Below are positions 10,928 to 22,810 of a DNA stretch of 34,255 nt, one piece after another. Under the pieces are notes generated by a model that worked only from the letters and a program-made list of their open reading frames with translations, had not been told where the DNA came from and did not search any database. Position numbers and translations under genes: made by a program. Source of the stretch: Lenisia limosa (taxonomy: Eukaryota > Protista > Breviatea); NCBI GenBank assembly GCA_001655205.1, contig LPNZ01003081.1, positions 1-34,255 of the forward strand, written 5' to 3'. Numbering within the stretch: the stretch's first letter is position 1; every line of letters begins with the position of its first letter.

Positions 10928-13900
10928 CTACTTTCTGGAGCTTGTACTGTGCGAACGTCGACTCAGAGACTCAGCAAGCTGGTTTTCCACCCCGATCCTG
11001 GCAAATGAGAAAAGAAAAACCAGTCTTACAGTCTTCTGGAGTGCCTTTCTAACTGAGCTGGCTCCACAAGCTGGTCAACCTAAAATAGGTCATATTATAC
11101 TTTGGTGAGAGACCAATGATCATAAAGACACTGACCTTTAAGTTGGCCAGAGATGCATCAAGTAAGTTATGAAGTCTCGACAGCTCAGAGTTATTGGCCG
11201 AAGCACGCGCTGTGTTTTCTTTTCGACGGTTCTGAGAGCATGATCAACTATTTTCCGACAGTAAAAACAAAACAAAAATAATCAACGATGAATACCTCCT
11301 TTTCTTTTAGTCTGGCCTCAAAGCGAGCAAGTTTCGCCACTGAAAGGTTATAAACTGGAATTCAGAAAATTGATATTATTGACAATGATGATTTCTTGCT
11401 CACAATCGGCTTCAACTTGCTGTCGTTGTTCAGTCATTTGGCCTCTGATACGTGATGCCTCTTTCTGTGCATCATCAGCGCGAACACGGGCAGTTTTGAG
11501 GTCGGCTCGTGCCGACTCCGTATCACCATGAGCCTGGGGCCATTAACAACGCTGTGACAATGCTAGTAATCTTTTAACTCTGCTTACTTTTAGTAATTGG
11601 CTTCGAAGTTGTGTTTCAGCTCGCTAAAATAATGAGAAGACTTTCGCGTAGTTTACCTTCCATTCTTGCCGAAGAGCATTGACTTGACTTTTGTTCTTTG
11701 ACGATTCCGATCTATGCTTGTTAACAAGTGAAGAGAGCTCACTTTAACTTCTCAAGAGCCCGCTGGTGTTCCTCTTCCAGAGATTTGCGATCATTAGAGG
11801 CTTGAGAAAGTGTCTAAAGAGTCAATCGTTATGATTAACCCACCTCCTGAAGTTCTTGCCTGGCCTCCCTTCTGGCTGCCTCAACCGCTATCGTCCGTGC
11901 CGCCTCTTGGTCCTTCAAAGAAAGCGAACTGTCCCGACTTTGTCTCTCAAGCAGACCCGTCATCTCATGGATTCTCAGCCTCTCAGAATTCAGCAGCTGC
12001 TCCTGCGAAACAAGCTCATCATCAAGGGCCTTCATGATTGCTGTCACATCTGGTGTGATTAGCCGGAGAAACTCATTGAGGTCCAAGATCTTATCTCACC
12101 CAAAGTGGCCTGGAACGACGGGCTGTCACCAGGCATTGTTGACACGGTCTCTGCAAAGGCTTCGGGCTGTTTAGCCGGACCGGTGGACTTGGAAAGCCAT
12201 TGGTCGAGGTGCGTCACGTGCGGCCATTGGGCCTATTGTATCAGATCTCTTGACCAGAGTAAGTCAAGTCCTACCACTGGTACAGCCCGTCTGAAGGCGG
12301 CCGCAATATCGATGCCCTGCGTTGCGACCTGGCCGGCTGATACCGCACAAGCGCGCGCTGACACCAAGTCCGCGGTCAGTGAGGCGATCTGTTTCTGTGT
12401 GGAGCTTCTAAATAGATAAGTAAGCACAATGGTACCACTTGTGGAAGGGACCCTTACAAGTCATTTTTCAGAGTATCTTTGTCATACGTCGCAGATTCAT
12501 TGGACGATCGAAGGTCGTTTTCGTACTACGGGGTCAGACCTTTTCAATACCCACCTTGTGCTGAAGTTTGACAAGTTGTTGCGAAAGGTTCGATTTGTCC
12601 TCAGAAAGTTGCCTGTCAAAGTTAGAGCAAAAGCCCTAGTGCAACCTACTCGATTCTGGCCTGGGCGGTCTTGGCTTGCTGTTGAGCCGGCTGAGCCAGA
12701 GCGGCCGCGGCTGATCGGACTGCCTCCTCCACCGCCTGAAATATGAGAATGTCGCTGAAGCAAGAAAGTAATGCCCACATCAAGCTCTTGGCTAGGATGG
12801 ATAACGGAAGAGGAAACCGAAAGGCCACGCGCAACTCTGGAGCTGTATTGTGCCAGATGGTCACGTGAGTTCATTTCATCCATACGGTTCTACAAGGATC
12901 AGTGGGCGTTGTCACCAACCTTTCTTTCAGCATCTGCGAGTTTAGCCTCCAAGGCCCGGGTCTTGGCCAAAGCGTCCCTGTAAAGTGAGGGCAAAACAAA
13001 GAATGCTGTTTCATACTCAGTTTCCTTGGCAGCGGAATGAACCGACCGCAGTGATGAAGTTTGGGCGTCTCTTCGTTCACTGTCCAAAACAGAACACACT
13101 AACTGCGACAAAACACTGGGAAGTAGAGTCTAAAACATGACAAGCAGCACAGCACTCCGTACCAGGTCACATTGCTTGACTTCCTTATCCTGAACCGAAA
13201 GAGCAGAGGTGACACTCTCCGAAACAGTTCGCGTTAAAGTCGTTGCATTCTCGAGGTCTGTTGAGAGCTGCTGGATCTAAACGTGTCAGTGCAGGGTGCA
13301 TCAAAAAAGCACAGTCCAACCTTTGCCTCAAGAGTTTCACTGTCAAAGGATTTGCCACGAAGTGTGTCCTCCAACTCCCTGCGATGTTACAAACTCAATA
13401 CAAGCAGTAGATGGCATACTCGATCCTGGCCTGGGCGGTCTTGGCTTGCTGCTGAGCCGGCTGAGCCAGTGCGGCCGCGGCTGACCTGACGGCCTCCTCC
13501 ACCGCCTGCGGCACGGGTGTGGCAGACAGGGATGGCACAATATCGGTAATAGAGACCTGAAGAGCGGAAGCAGTTGCGGAAAGAACACAGCGGTACGCGG
13601 ACTGATTAGCATCAAGGGCCTTTTGAATGGTCTCGGCCTGGTGCTGTAAGGGCCGTTCAGCTGAAAAGAACAAACCTCAGCTTGAAGACGCGTGCGTTCA
13701 GCGCGCAGTAAAGCGGAAACTTGCTCTTGCTGAAAGAGTTAACCAAAAAAAAAACTCACATCAGTCTTTGCAGATGACACGTCACGCTCCATATTGGCAA
13801 CTGCCCGAGTGACAGCCTTGCTCATTTCAACATCGAAGTCCCTTTGGAGTGTTGTTGTTTTCGTTTCATGCTCCGAAATAGCCTTCTATAGCAGTTAGCA

Positions 13901-16900
13901 TCATTGACAGCTGACCCACTGCTAATGAACGTCGCGAAGACTCAAGTTCCAAGGTCAGCTCTCGAACTTCTGCAGTTTTTCGTGACACTTCGGACTCGAA
14001 TTCTTGGCGCATAAGTGTCATCTTGTCATTGTGCATCTGAGTAGTAGTCTTGTCTGGAGGGTGAACAGGATGACAGGACAAACGTTTATCTTCAGCCGCC
14101 TTCCGGGCCGCCTGAAGGTCATCAGCAGCCCGGGTTCTCAGGTCATTGAGATCTTGAGATGCTGATGCTGCTGACGATATGAAGCGAGACAGTCTGATTT
14201 TTGCGTCTTCCAATTGCATCTGGAATATTATTAAGGTATTTCTCTGTCGAATGCGTGTTCTCACACCAACCTCGCAGTCAGCAAGAGAGCTTGAAGTGGC
14301 TCTTATTTTGTCCTGTTTTTCCTCAACGATCCTCTCCAGTCGGTCCAACTCAGACTAGAAGGTCAAAAACACCAGTGGAGCCAACCTCTGCAACTTCGGC
14401 TCGAGCCTGCAAGCTCGTAATCCGAGCTGCCGTGGTGTCACTCCGGACAACAGCATCGCGAAGCTGCGACGACAGGCCACTTAAGACGGCAAATACCTCT
14501 TCTGCAGCCGTGGTTGCTGCTTCTGTGGTGTTACAGTCATGAGACACGGTAAAGCACCGTAGATGACAACCAACTATTTTGAGCGTTGTCATCGTCATGG
14601 AAGAGACTGAGAGGTAATCTTGCAACCGGAGCAGCGGATGACAACCATGAATCAAGAGTTGAAATGTCCGACCATTGGGCCTATTGTGTCAGAGGGGGTT
14701 AAGTCCTACCACTGGTACAGCCCGTCTGAAGGCGGCCGCAATATCGATGCCCTGCGTTGCGACCTGGCCAGCTGATACCGCACAAGCGCGCGCTGACGTC
14801 AAGTCCGCGCTCAAAGTCGTCAGTGCTGTCTCCTTTTCTGCAACTAAAGCCCGGGCTTCCGATCTAGAATTCCAATGAATACCGCCGAGCTCTTTTGCCT
14901 TTTGCCTATTGTGCCTACAGTCTTGCGTTGAGTTTGAGTTGAATTTCATGAGCAGCCATTGAAATGTCGGACATTTTCGATGAAGCCTGAAGCGTGAGAA
15001 GTGACGAGAGACCGACCTCAGTGACCTCAACGTCCTTCTCTGCTGAAACCTGGCGCAGCTGGCTCTCAAGAGATCTGCACTGTAAGAAAAATAAGGAAGA
15101 CGACATACTCGATCCTGGCCTGGGCGGTCTTGGCTTGCTGCTGAGCCGGCTGAGCCAGTGCGGCCGCGGCTGATCGGACTGCCTCCTCCACCGCCTGTGG
15201 CACGGGCGGCTGAAAATGAGAATCTCAGGAGATACAACATACCGCGTAAGAGGATGTTGGCGTCCAGGAGGAGTCTCCATCAACGCTTTCCAGAAGATCA
15301 CTATTGGCATGGATGGAAGATGTTTTGAGATCCAGGCTTCTGTCTGTCTTCGGGGCTCGGAGCTCAGGCAGGTTTGTGGTTTTCAAGAGGTCAGAGAACG
15401 GAATACCGAGTCCTGCTGCCACTGATGACGCGAGGGTCTTGAGGTTTTGGAGGTTTTGGTCAGATCGCCTCCGCATCTCAGCAGCCTTTCATGTCAAGGC
15501 AAAAAAGAAGATATCATATCAAAATAGCCATTCTTAATAAAACGTAAGATAAATCATCTACAACATGTTAGGCATGTCACAGTCATTATGGTTCAAAATG
15601 GAACAAACCTGCCATCCGAGACCTGTACGCTCGTCTTCATAAACAGATGCCATTTGGTCCCACTATAACTGTCACGACATTGTTGGGCTCACCTCCTTCA
15701 GTCCCTCATCAACTCGCTTTGTTAGAGCAGCAATATCAATATCGCGTGCAGTAACCTCTCGATTCTTATCAAGCAGCTCTTCTGCCATCTTCGTGAGCCT
15801 GGTGTGTACGTCAGCATGGGCTACCTGGAGTTCCTCAAACGAGGCCTTTTGCACACTGCCTGCTTGGAACTGTCTCTCTAAGTTCAACTACACGGTCAGG
15901 CAAGAAAGAGTAACCAAAAACATGCAGCGAAACTGACCTTAGCAGTTTGTAGTTCATCTTCAGCAGCAGATAGCTTCTTCTTGACAGTCCGTAGAGATTC
16001 CTCAAGGGACGTAGCGTGATTCTAAAAGGGTCAGTTATTAGAGAGTAACAACGTTAACCTACTTGAGATTCAGTAAGCTTTTTCTGTAGTCCTTCAGAGG
16101 ACTCCATAGCGTTCTTCAAAACAGCACTATTCAATGAGCACAGTGATCAAAAGGTAAGATCACGGAAAACACCCACCTTCTCTCATCAAGATTGGCCTGT
16201 AGAGTTTCAGCTCGGTCAGCATCCGCCTTGGCCGATTCAAACTGATGGGTTAGGACCGTCAGAGTCTCTCAACCCACTCTTTCACTCAGCATGGTAAGCC
16301 GCGCTGTTGTGTCACGTAGTTCGGTCTCCGCAGCTTCGGCCCTCTGCGCCACTGCCGACTGTTCGGAAGCTTGCGTTGAGATGCGTCTAGACGATAAGAT
16401 GCTAAATGATAGACACATTGATTTAGGCGATACATTGTTTGCCATTATTTATTGGCCTCCCCACCTTTGGGCTTGTGCTAGTTTAGCGTCAGTATCAGCA
16501 GCACTGATTTTAAATGCAGTGAATTGGTTGTTGAGATCTTGCCACTCATTTTGAAGGGTTTCAATTCGCTCTTGGTGCCTCAGACTAAAACAATAAGAAT
16601 TGCACTTCTTCATTAAACAAAAAATACTGAATATCCCGATCAAGGGGTTGGGCATTATGAACAAAATACCAACCTCTCGGCATTGTAAGCCTCGAACTGA
16701 ACTTGGCTGTCTATCGCGGCCCGGGCCTCTTGGCTCTCCTGTCGAGCGGAAAGATCGGATAAACTCCGAGCTACGGCGCTCGTCACTCTGTGCTCAGTTT
16801 GCTGAAAATAGTTACCTTGGTCAACTCCAAAACCGATCTTATCACGCTGGCCTACTCTGATAAGACCGTCAGCCGTATTGAGACACATGACAGTGTCAGC

Positions 16901-19900
16901 TCGGAGGGACTTCACTTCGAAGCGCATTTCACGCACAGCTCTACCAGCCCATCGAAGGAACTGAAACATTAGAAAAAGTACTCACTTCAATCTGGTCGAT
17001 TGCGGTACTCAAAATGGTTTAATTTGTTGAAATTCCTTTCACAATTAGACCTTTCCCCTCTATTTCATAATCAGACCGGTTTTAATATAAGCCCATACTT
17101 AATGGAATGAAGCACCCAATACAACACAGTGACAGCCTACAGTCTCTCTGTCCTCAGCCTGGCGTCTTTTGGTGCGATCAGCCAAGAGTATTGCGGACTC
17201 GGTTGCAGCTCGCTGCTTCGTTAACTCCGAATATGCCGTGTCAAGGTCACTCTAAACGGATCAGGCTTGTTGTATGGTTCACACTTTGGTGCTGTAAAGC
17301 AAGTAGGATTGCGTACCTCCATCTGCTGTTTAGTGAACTGAGAGGCCATTTCAGCTGAAGCTTGGTACGATTCGAAGAATGAATTCATTCTAAAACAGTC
17401 AAAAAAGGGAGTAGACAAAGTCAGCAAACTGAGCCATGTTGTCGTTTATGATGCCGCTGAGCCTGTTTTCAATACCCTGCGACTGGGCAGTCAGGTTCTG
17501 CGACTCGGCCTGTATGGACTGTGCCGCACGTTTGAGTGCGTCAGCCGCTTCGGCCTCCAGAATGTCATTTCGAGCTCTCAGGTGGTCAACTTCCTCCTCA
17601 AGCTGCGAGACATGCCGGCGGAGAACAGCCTGTTAATGTTGAATGATACGTAGGGGTTGGGGCTTACAGTTTGGTCAGACTCCGTCAGAGACTTCAAATC
17701 CTCCGTTAATCGCGTGACTCGAGTGGTCTTCGCGGGTAAGTAGCGGCGAAACATAGTGCATAGTTATAGTGAGATAACCCACCAGTGAGACGTTGGTCGC
17801 TTCTGCCTCTGATAAGCACTTGCCAGTTTCAGCAAGCTGGCTAGCAAGTTCAGCCTTGGTCTGTGGAGTGAGCAATAGTGCTGAACTAGGAGAGCCTACC
17901 GTAGTGATGTCATCAAGCTGGGCAAGAGCTTCCTCCAACCGGCGGTTCGCAGTTTCAAATTCGGACTCGAACCGGCCTGACTCTTGACGGAGTCGCAAGG
18001 ATTCCTCCCTCTTGACAGCATTAGATCTCTGATCCGTTTTGCTTTGCCCCTACCTCAGAAGAAAGAGCGGACTTGAGAGAAGCAGCCGCGCTAGCCTCGG
18101 GTTCCAGGAGAGACAGGCGATGGACTTCGCGCTCAAGGTCCCTGGGCTGATTAGAATTGCAAGTTACACCTGTTAGAAAATAAATCCCCCAACCTTGCAA
18201 TTTGACGTTGTTGTTCAAGTTCATTATGTAACTCTAAAACGAGTAAGAAGACCAACCAACACCCAGGACTTACCATTTCGGATTTTTTCAGAAGAGTTAA
18301 CCCGAGATTCAGCAGCAAACAGGTTCTGCTCCAGAGTCGTCACCTAAAAAAGTATTACATATTGCGACATGCAAATACATACTTACATACAACATATCGA
18401 TATGCAAATGTAATGTACTTACATATAATATGTATATCATATCATATTATATATGATATGATAATGTATAGATGTAGAATGAGACAGCCGAAAACATTGA
18501 TATTATTGCTCACCTTAGACACAAGGGAGACGGTCGCGTCGGCTTCATTTCGGATTTGGGCGCTCAGACCCGTCGCTTGTGATGTGGCTAAATTGGATGA
18601 CAATGAGGACAGGTGAGGTCAGCACACCTTGTGCGGCGGTTTCCTCAAGGGTGGCAACAAGGGCGCGAGCAGAAGTGAGTTCTCTCGTCAAAATGGCTAT
18701 GTCATCCTCCAGGGCTTCGCGGTTCTACAGCATGACAGTAGCGGGTGGAAAGCAATGAAATCTCTTTAATTGAGTACAAATAAATCAGAGGAATGCCCAC
18801 TGTTTTTTCCTCAGAGAAGCTAGATCGGAGAGTGGTTAGCTCGATTTGAGACATTCGGACATCATCTTCGGCAGCCGAGAGTTTGTGACTTAAAGTGTCG
18901 GCATTGACCTTGGCTTCCGACAACTTTGACCGCACGCTTCGCAACTCAGTTTCAGCCTGAATATCAGTTACCACCCACAAGGTACAAACCTTCTCTCTTG
19001 CGCTGGACTCCATTTCAACCTGACTCTTGGCCTCCTCAACACGCTTGGCGCATGCCCGTTGGCTTTCTGCAAGGGCTGAAATGTAAGGCTTTTATGAAAA
19101 GCCATACCCGAGTTATGCTGGTCAGAAATGGCTTGCACATGGGCTTTAATTCCTTCTTCATAGTCTGCAATCATAGCCTTGGCGTCCTTATATGACGAGT
19201 TTTCCACCTCCGCAATCTAAAAAGCGTTATTAAACCAGTTCAGATCGAGTAACCTTTTCAGCAACAATACGCTTGTGCTCCTCCTTCGGAATCATGGCGT
19301 CCGTTTTGAGAGCAGCGTCCTCCAAGTCGGTGGTCATTCGTTTGACCTCCCGTCGGAAGTCGTCCTCTGCACTGACCAGTTTGACGGCCGCCAACCGCGC
19401 AGCTTCTTCATGGTCATGTACATTTTGCACTGTGGTGTTAGTATCTTTCATGGCGACACAATTCACTGTATGCACCCACCAGCATCCTCGACCAGACTCT
19501 CAGCAAGCTCGGCCCGGGCCTTCAGACGGTCAATCTCAACCTGAGCCTGCTCCTCAGCCTTCCTCCGCGCCTCCTCAGCTGAGCTGTCTCCGGCGGCTAT
19601 GAGCGTTTCCTTCAGTGATCGATGTTGAGCTGAAAGATTGTCTAACGCCAGAGTGTGTGCCGTCTGATTGTCAGCTAGCTGCGCCGCTACCAAACCTTGA
19701 GGTTCGAAAGCTTGTCTTCGATGTCAATTTCCAGAGTACTGAGCTCGACCTTCAGCGCCGTGACTTCTCGCTCCCGTTCTATGAGCTCCTTCTCAAGCCG
19801 TTCTGCAAATATAAGAATCCGATTTTCGTCCCCCACGTTTTTCTTGACTGAGGTTGTTAGACCTCTCAGTTGCTGAGTCCAAGTCGGCTTGTCTTGCGGC

Positions 19901-22526
19901 AAGCCCGGCAGAGACCCTTGCTGAGACTTCAGACTCCAAGGTGGCCCTAAGAAGTCAATGGGACCTCATTGCGGACAACAAACTTGAGCATTTCATTAGA
20001 CCGTCTGATGTTTTCCAGCTCAGTCGTCATTTTAGATGCAGCGTCAGCACGAAGAGATATCTGTGTATTCTAAAGCATGACGGAACAAATACGCAACTCA
20101 CCTCGTCCCTTGCTGATTGCAGTCTCTCCCTCATTTTATCCAATTTGGAAGTGAGATTTGAAACCTCGATTTGTTGATCGCCTTGTACGTCAATCTCAAA
20201 CACTAAATCACTCACCCGCTATGCGACTAGTGCTTTGTTTGTCTAACTCAACCATTTTCTTAATAGTAGTGAGTTCCTCCTGGTGTCTGGTTTCCGCCTC
20301 AGTTCGTCGGTACACCTGGTTGTCAAGTTCGCGAGTTAGTGTCTGCAAGGTCAATTATACCCAAGAACAACGGGACTTATACCTCAACACTGTCATTCAG
20401 CGTTTTGATTTTAACTTCAGAGTTCAATGAAGCCTCCACAAGATCACCTAGAAGGTGAGAGCGAAATGACCATGACTAACAAACCGTAGTCTTCCCGGGT
20501 TTTTTCAAGAGATTCTTTTGTGCGTTCAAGGTCATGATAGCTGTCATCCAATTCTCTCTCTCTGAAACCGTTATTAGGTTATCTTATTCAATATAACTGC
20601 GATTACACTCACCGATGGGCAAGAGCGGTTTGAAGAATCTTATTCTGCTTATCAGTTTCGCTCACAGTTTCATTTAGCGACTGGAAAATTAAAGTCCTTG
20701 AAAGAGAAGTATAACTAATTCTGAAAACCTGAAGGACCATGCAGACCTTAATCTGGTTTTGCAGTTCGACCGTGGTGGCGGAGGCGTCGACAGTCTGCTG
20801 ACTGTAGGCCTGCTGGATAGCCTCAAAAGTCTTTCTCGCATCCAACTGTGCGGCTGATACATTTTGACGCGCAGAGGAAAGCTGAACAGTCACACCAAAA
20901 GTCACTTTCGTCAGAGAACTTTGTATTTTCATCCCACAAACCTCTTCGTTTTGGGACTTCAATTTCATCTCAAGAGCCTAAAGTATAAGCAAAATTTAAC
21001 CGGGTTCATGAAAACAGAATCCTACAGTGATAGCCTTTGAATACTCTTCTTCTCTACTCCGCATAATAGCCTAAATGATTATCCTTAAAAGAAAAACACA
21101 AGAGGGGGTTGCGGAGCGTTTCTTGACGTACCTTGGTGTCCTCTTGGGCTTGATGTAATCCAGACTTGAGACCCGAACATTGGGCAACCGCAGCGTTCAG
21201 CTCTGCCTGGAGAGTGTTGATTTCTGCCTCGTAGTCCCTGCGTCGCTTTTGATCCGTTTCATGCATTGATGACGCTGATGACTGCATTGTTATTTCATTA
21301 CATTCAACGGAATAAGACCATAGGATATTCAAAGTATCATTAGTATTGCGTGGAGTTTAAGAAACTCTCACCTGAGCTGTTTTCAGTTCTTCAGTGATTC
21401 TCTTATGATCGGTTTGGAGGGCCTCCATTGCAGACTGCGTTTGTCGAAGGGCGTCCGTGAGCGACTTAAATGTTAAATAGGGCAAGGAATGACTCACTTG
21501 GATTGTAATTCGCTGGCTCTCCGTTTCAGCATCATCCACCTGATGAAGGTCAGTACATCTCCAAACCTCTGTCCAACCTACCGTCCGAGCCTGTCCCCCA
21601 GTCATCATGTCTGTGATTTCCCTGGCTAAATTAAGAGGGTCAACACCGGTGGCGGTGATGCGGGCGGCAAGGTCAGCAAGACGACAGTCCGTATTCTGTG
21701 CGGCAGCTGAGGCTTCATCAAGCCGGCGGCGATACTAAACAATCAGACCGTTGACGCGCTTACATCAACAACAGCATCTTCCGCGACTTTCAGTCTTTCA
21801 AACGCTCCTGTAACGGCCGTCTCTGCGCGGACCTGCACCATTCCAGCCTATTCAATGACTTTTTCTCCCAAAATACATACAAATGAATATAATCTAAGAT
21901 TCTGTCCACCTATTTCTTTTCAATTTATACTATTAGTTGCAGCATGGAAGAAGAAAAACCGTGTTCCCACTTCCTTTTCCATTGCAGCTGCTCTCTCTGT
22001 AACCATCATCAATTGCTGCTGTAGCTAAATAGTGAGACAATCAAGTTCCTCATCAAGACCTACTTTCATAACCGACTCCTCTCGAGAAGAAGACATCATT
22101 TCCGTTACAATTTCGTAAATCTACAAAATTAATAAAAATATCTCTCTTGTTTAATACAACACTCAGGGTAACTGAAATTGATGATATAATATTTGTTTGC
22201 AGTGATAAAGATCATAATCAGATATAACGCACGCTGGAAGGAGCAGTTAATAAAAGACCCCACCCTTGTCTCGACATGAGCAGCAGAGGCTGGATCTCCC
22301 TTCAGTATCTGCACAACCTCATCCTCAACAAAGGCACGCCCTGCCTCAGCAACACGCTATGAAGGTCATTTGTGTATATTTAGCAATAATGAACAGTTAC
22401 ACCACTGCATACCTTGGCGAGGGAGTTAATCCTGTCATCAAAAGCGTCCTTTATTGTTTTATTTACTAATACTGAATCCCTTTGAACAGGGTCAGGAGTT
22501 GGGGGACGAGCCCCAGAAGCTTGCAT
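10928..22526 (-). CDS. Giant multi-exon coiled-coil protein (cytoskeletal or basal-body-like), no recognised family
   Basis: Dozens of minus-strand exons rich in A/E/L/K/Q/R/S with heptad character. Inferred start MQASGARPPTPDPVQRDS...EDEVVQILKGDPASAAHVETR-IYEIVTEMMSSSREESVMK at 22526; end ...ENQLAESLSRRSHSTSSRK with TAG at 10928-10930. It may be more than one gene, since I did not verify every junction. Confidence 0.7.
12224..14808 (-). repeat. Internal repeat B: two copies (14672-14808, 12224-12373) encoding ADL(T/V)SARACAVSAGQVATQGIDIAAAFRRAVPV|AQW
   Basis: About 3 differences in ~99 coding nt. The shared intron position also conserves its ends (gtaggactt...acaatag); the introns are 29 and 42 nt. 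Confidence 0.92.
12650..15209 (-). repeat. Internal repeat A: three copies (15109-15209, 13420-13517, 12650-12735) encoding AVEEAVRSAAAALAQPAQQQAKTAQARIE
   Basis: The peptide is identical in all three copies, with only a few synonymous nucleotide differences. Each copy ends at the same phase-2 donor (ATC GA|gta). Confidence 0.92.
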
Positions 22527-22810
22527 TCCAAAATCCAAACTAGATCATTCACTACTAATTATTATTCTTGCTGTCTTAATTTATATATTATAATACTATA
22601 ATATATAAAAAACGTTATGTAGCAAAAAAAGGCCAAACAAGGACAAAAAGCAAGTGTAATTCCGTAATTGCTCCTTTTTGTTAAATTTAAAAATCTTAGC
22701 ACTATAGCACAGAGAAAAACAAACTTATAAGCATATAGTACTATTATTGATATATTTTGAGGATTTCCCTTTTGTATTTCTGAAGTTACTGTTCCTTTTA
22801 GTTGATTAAA

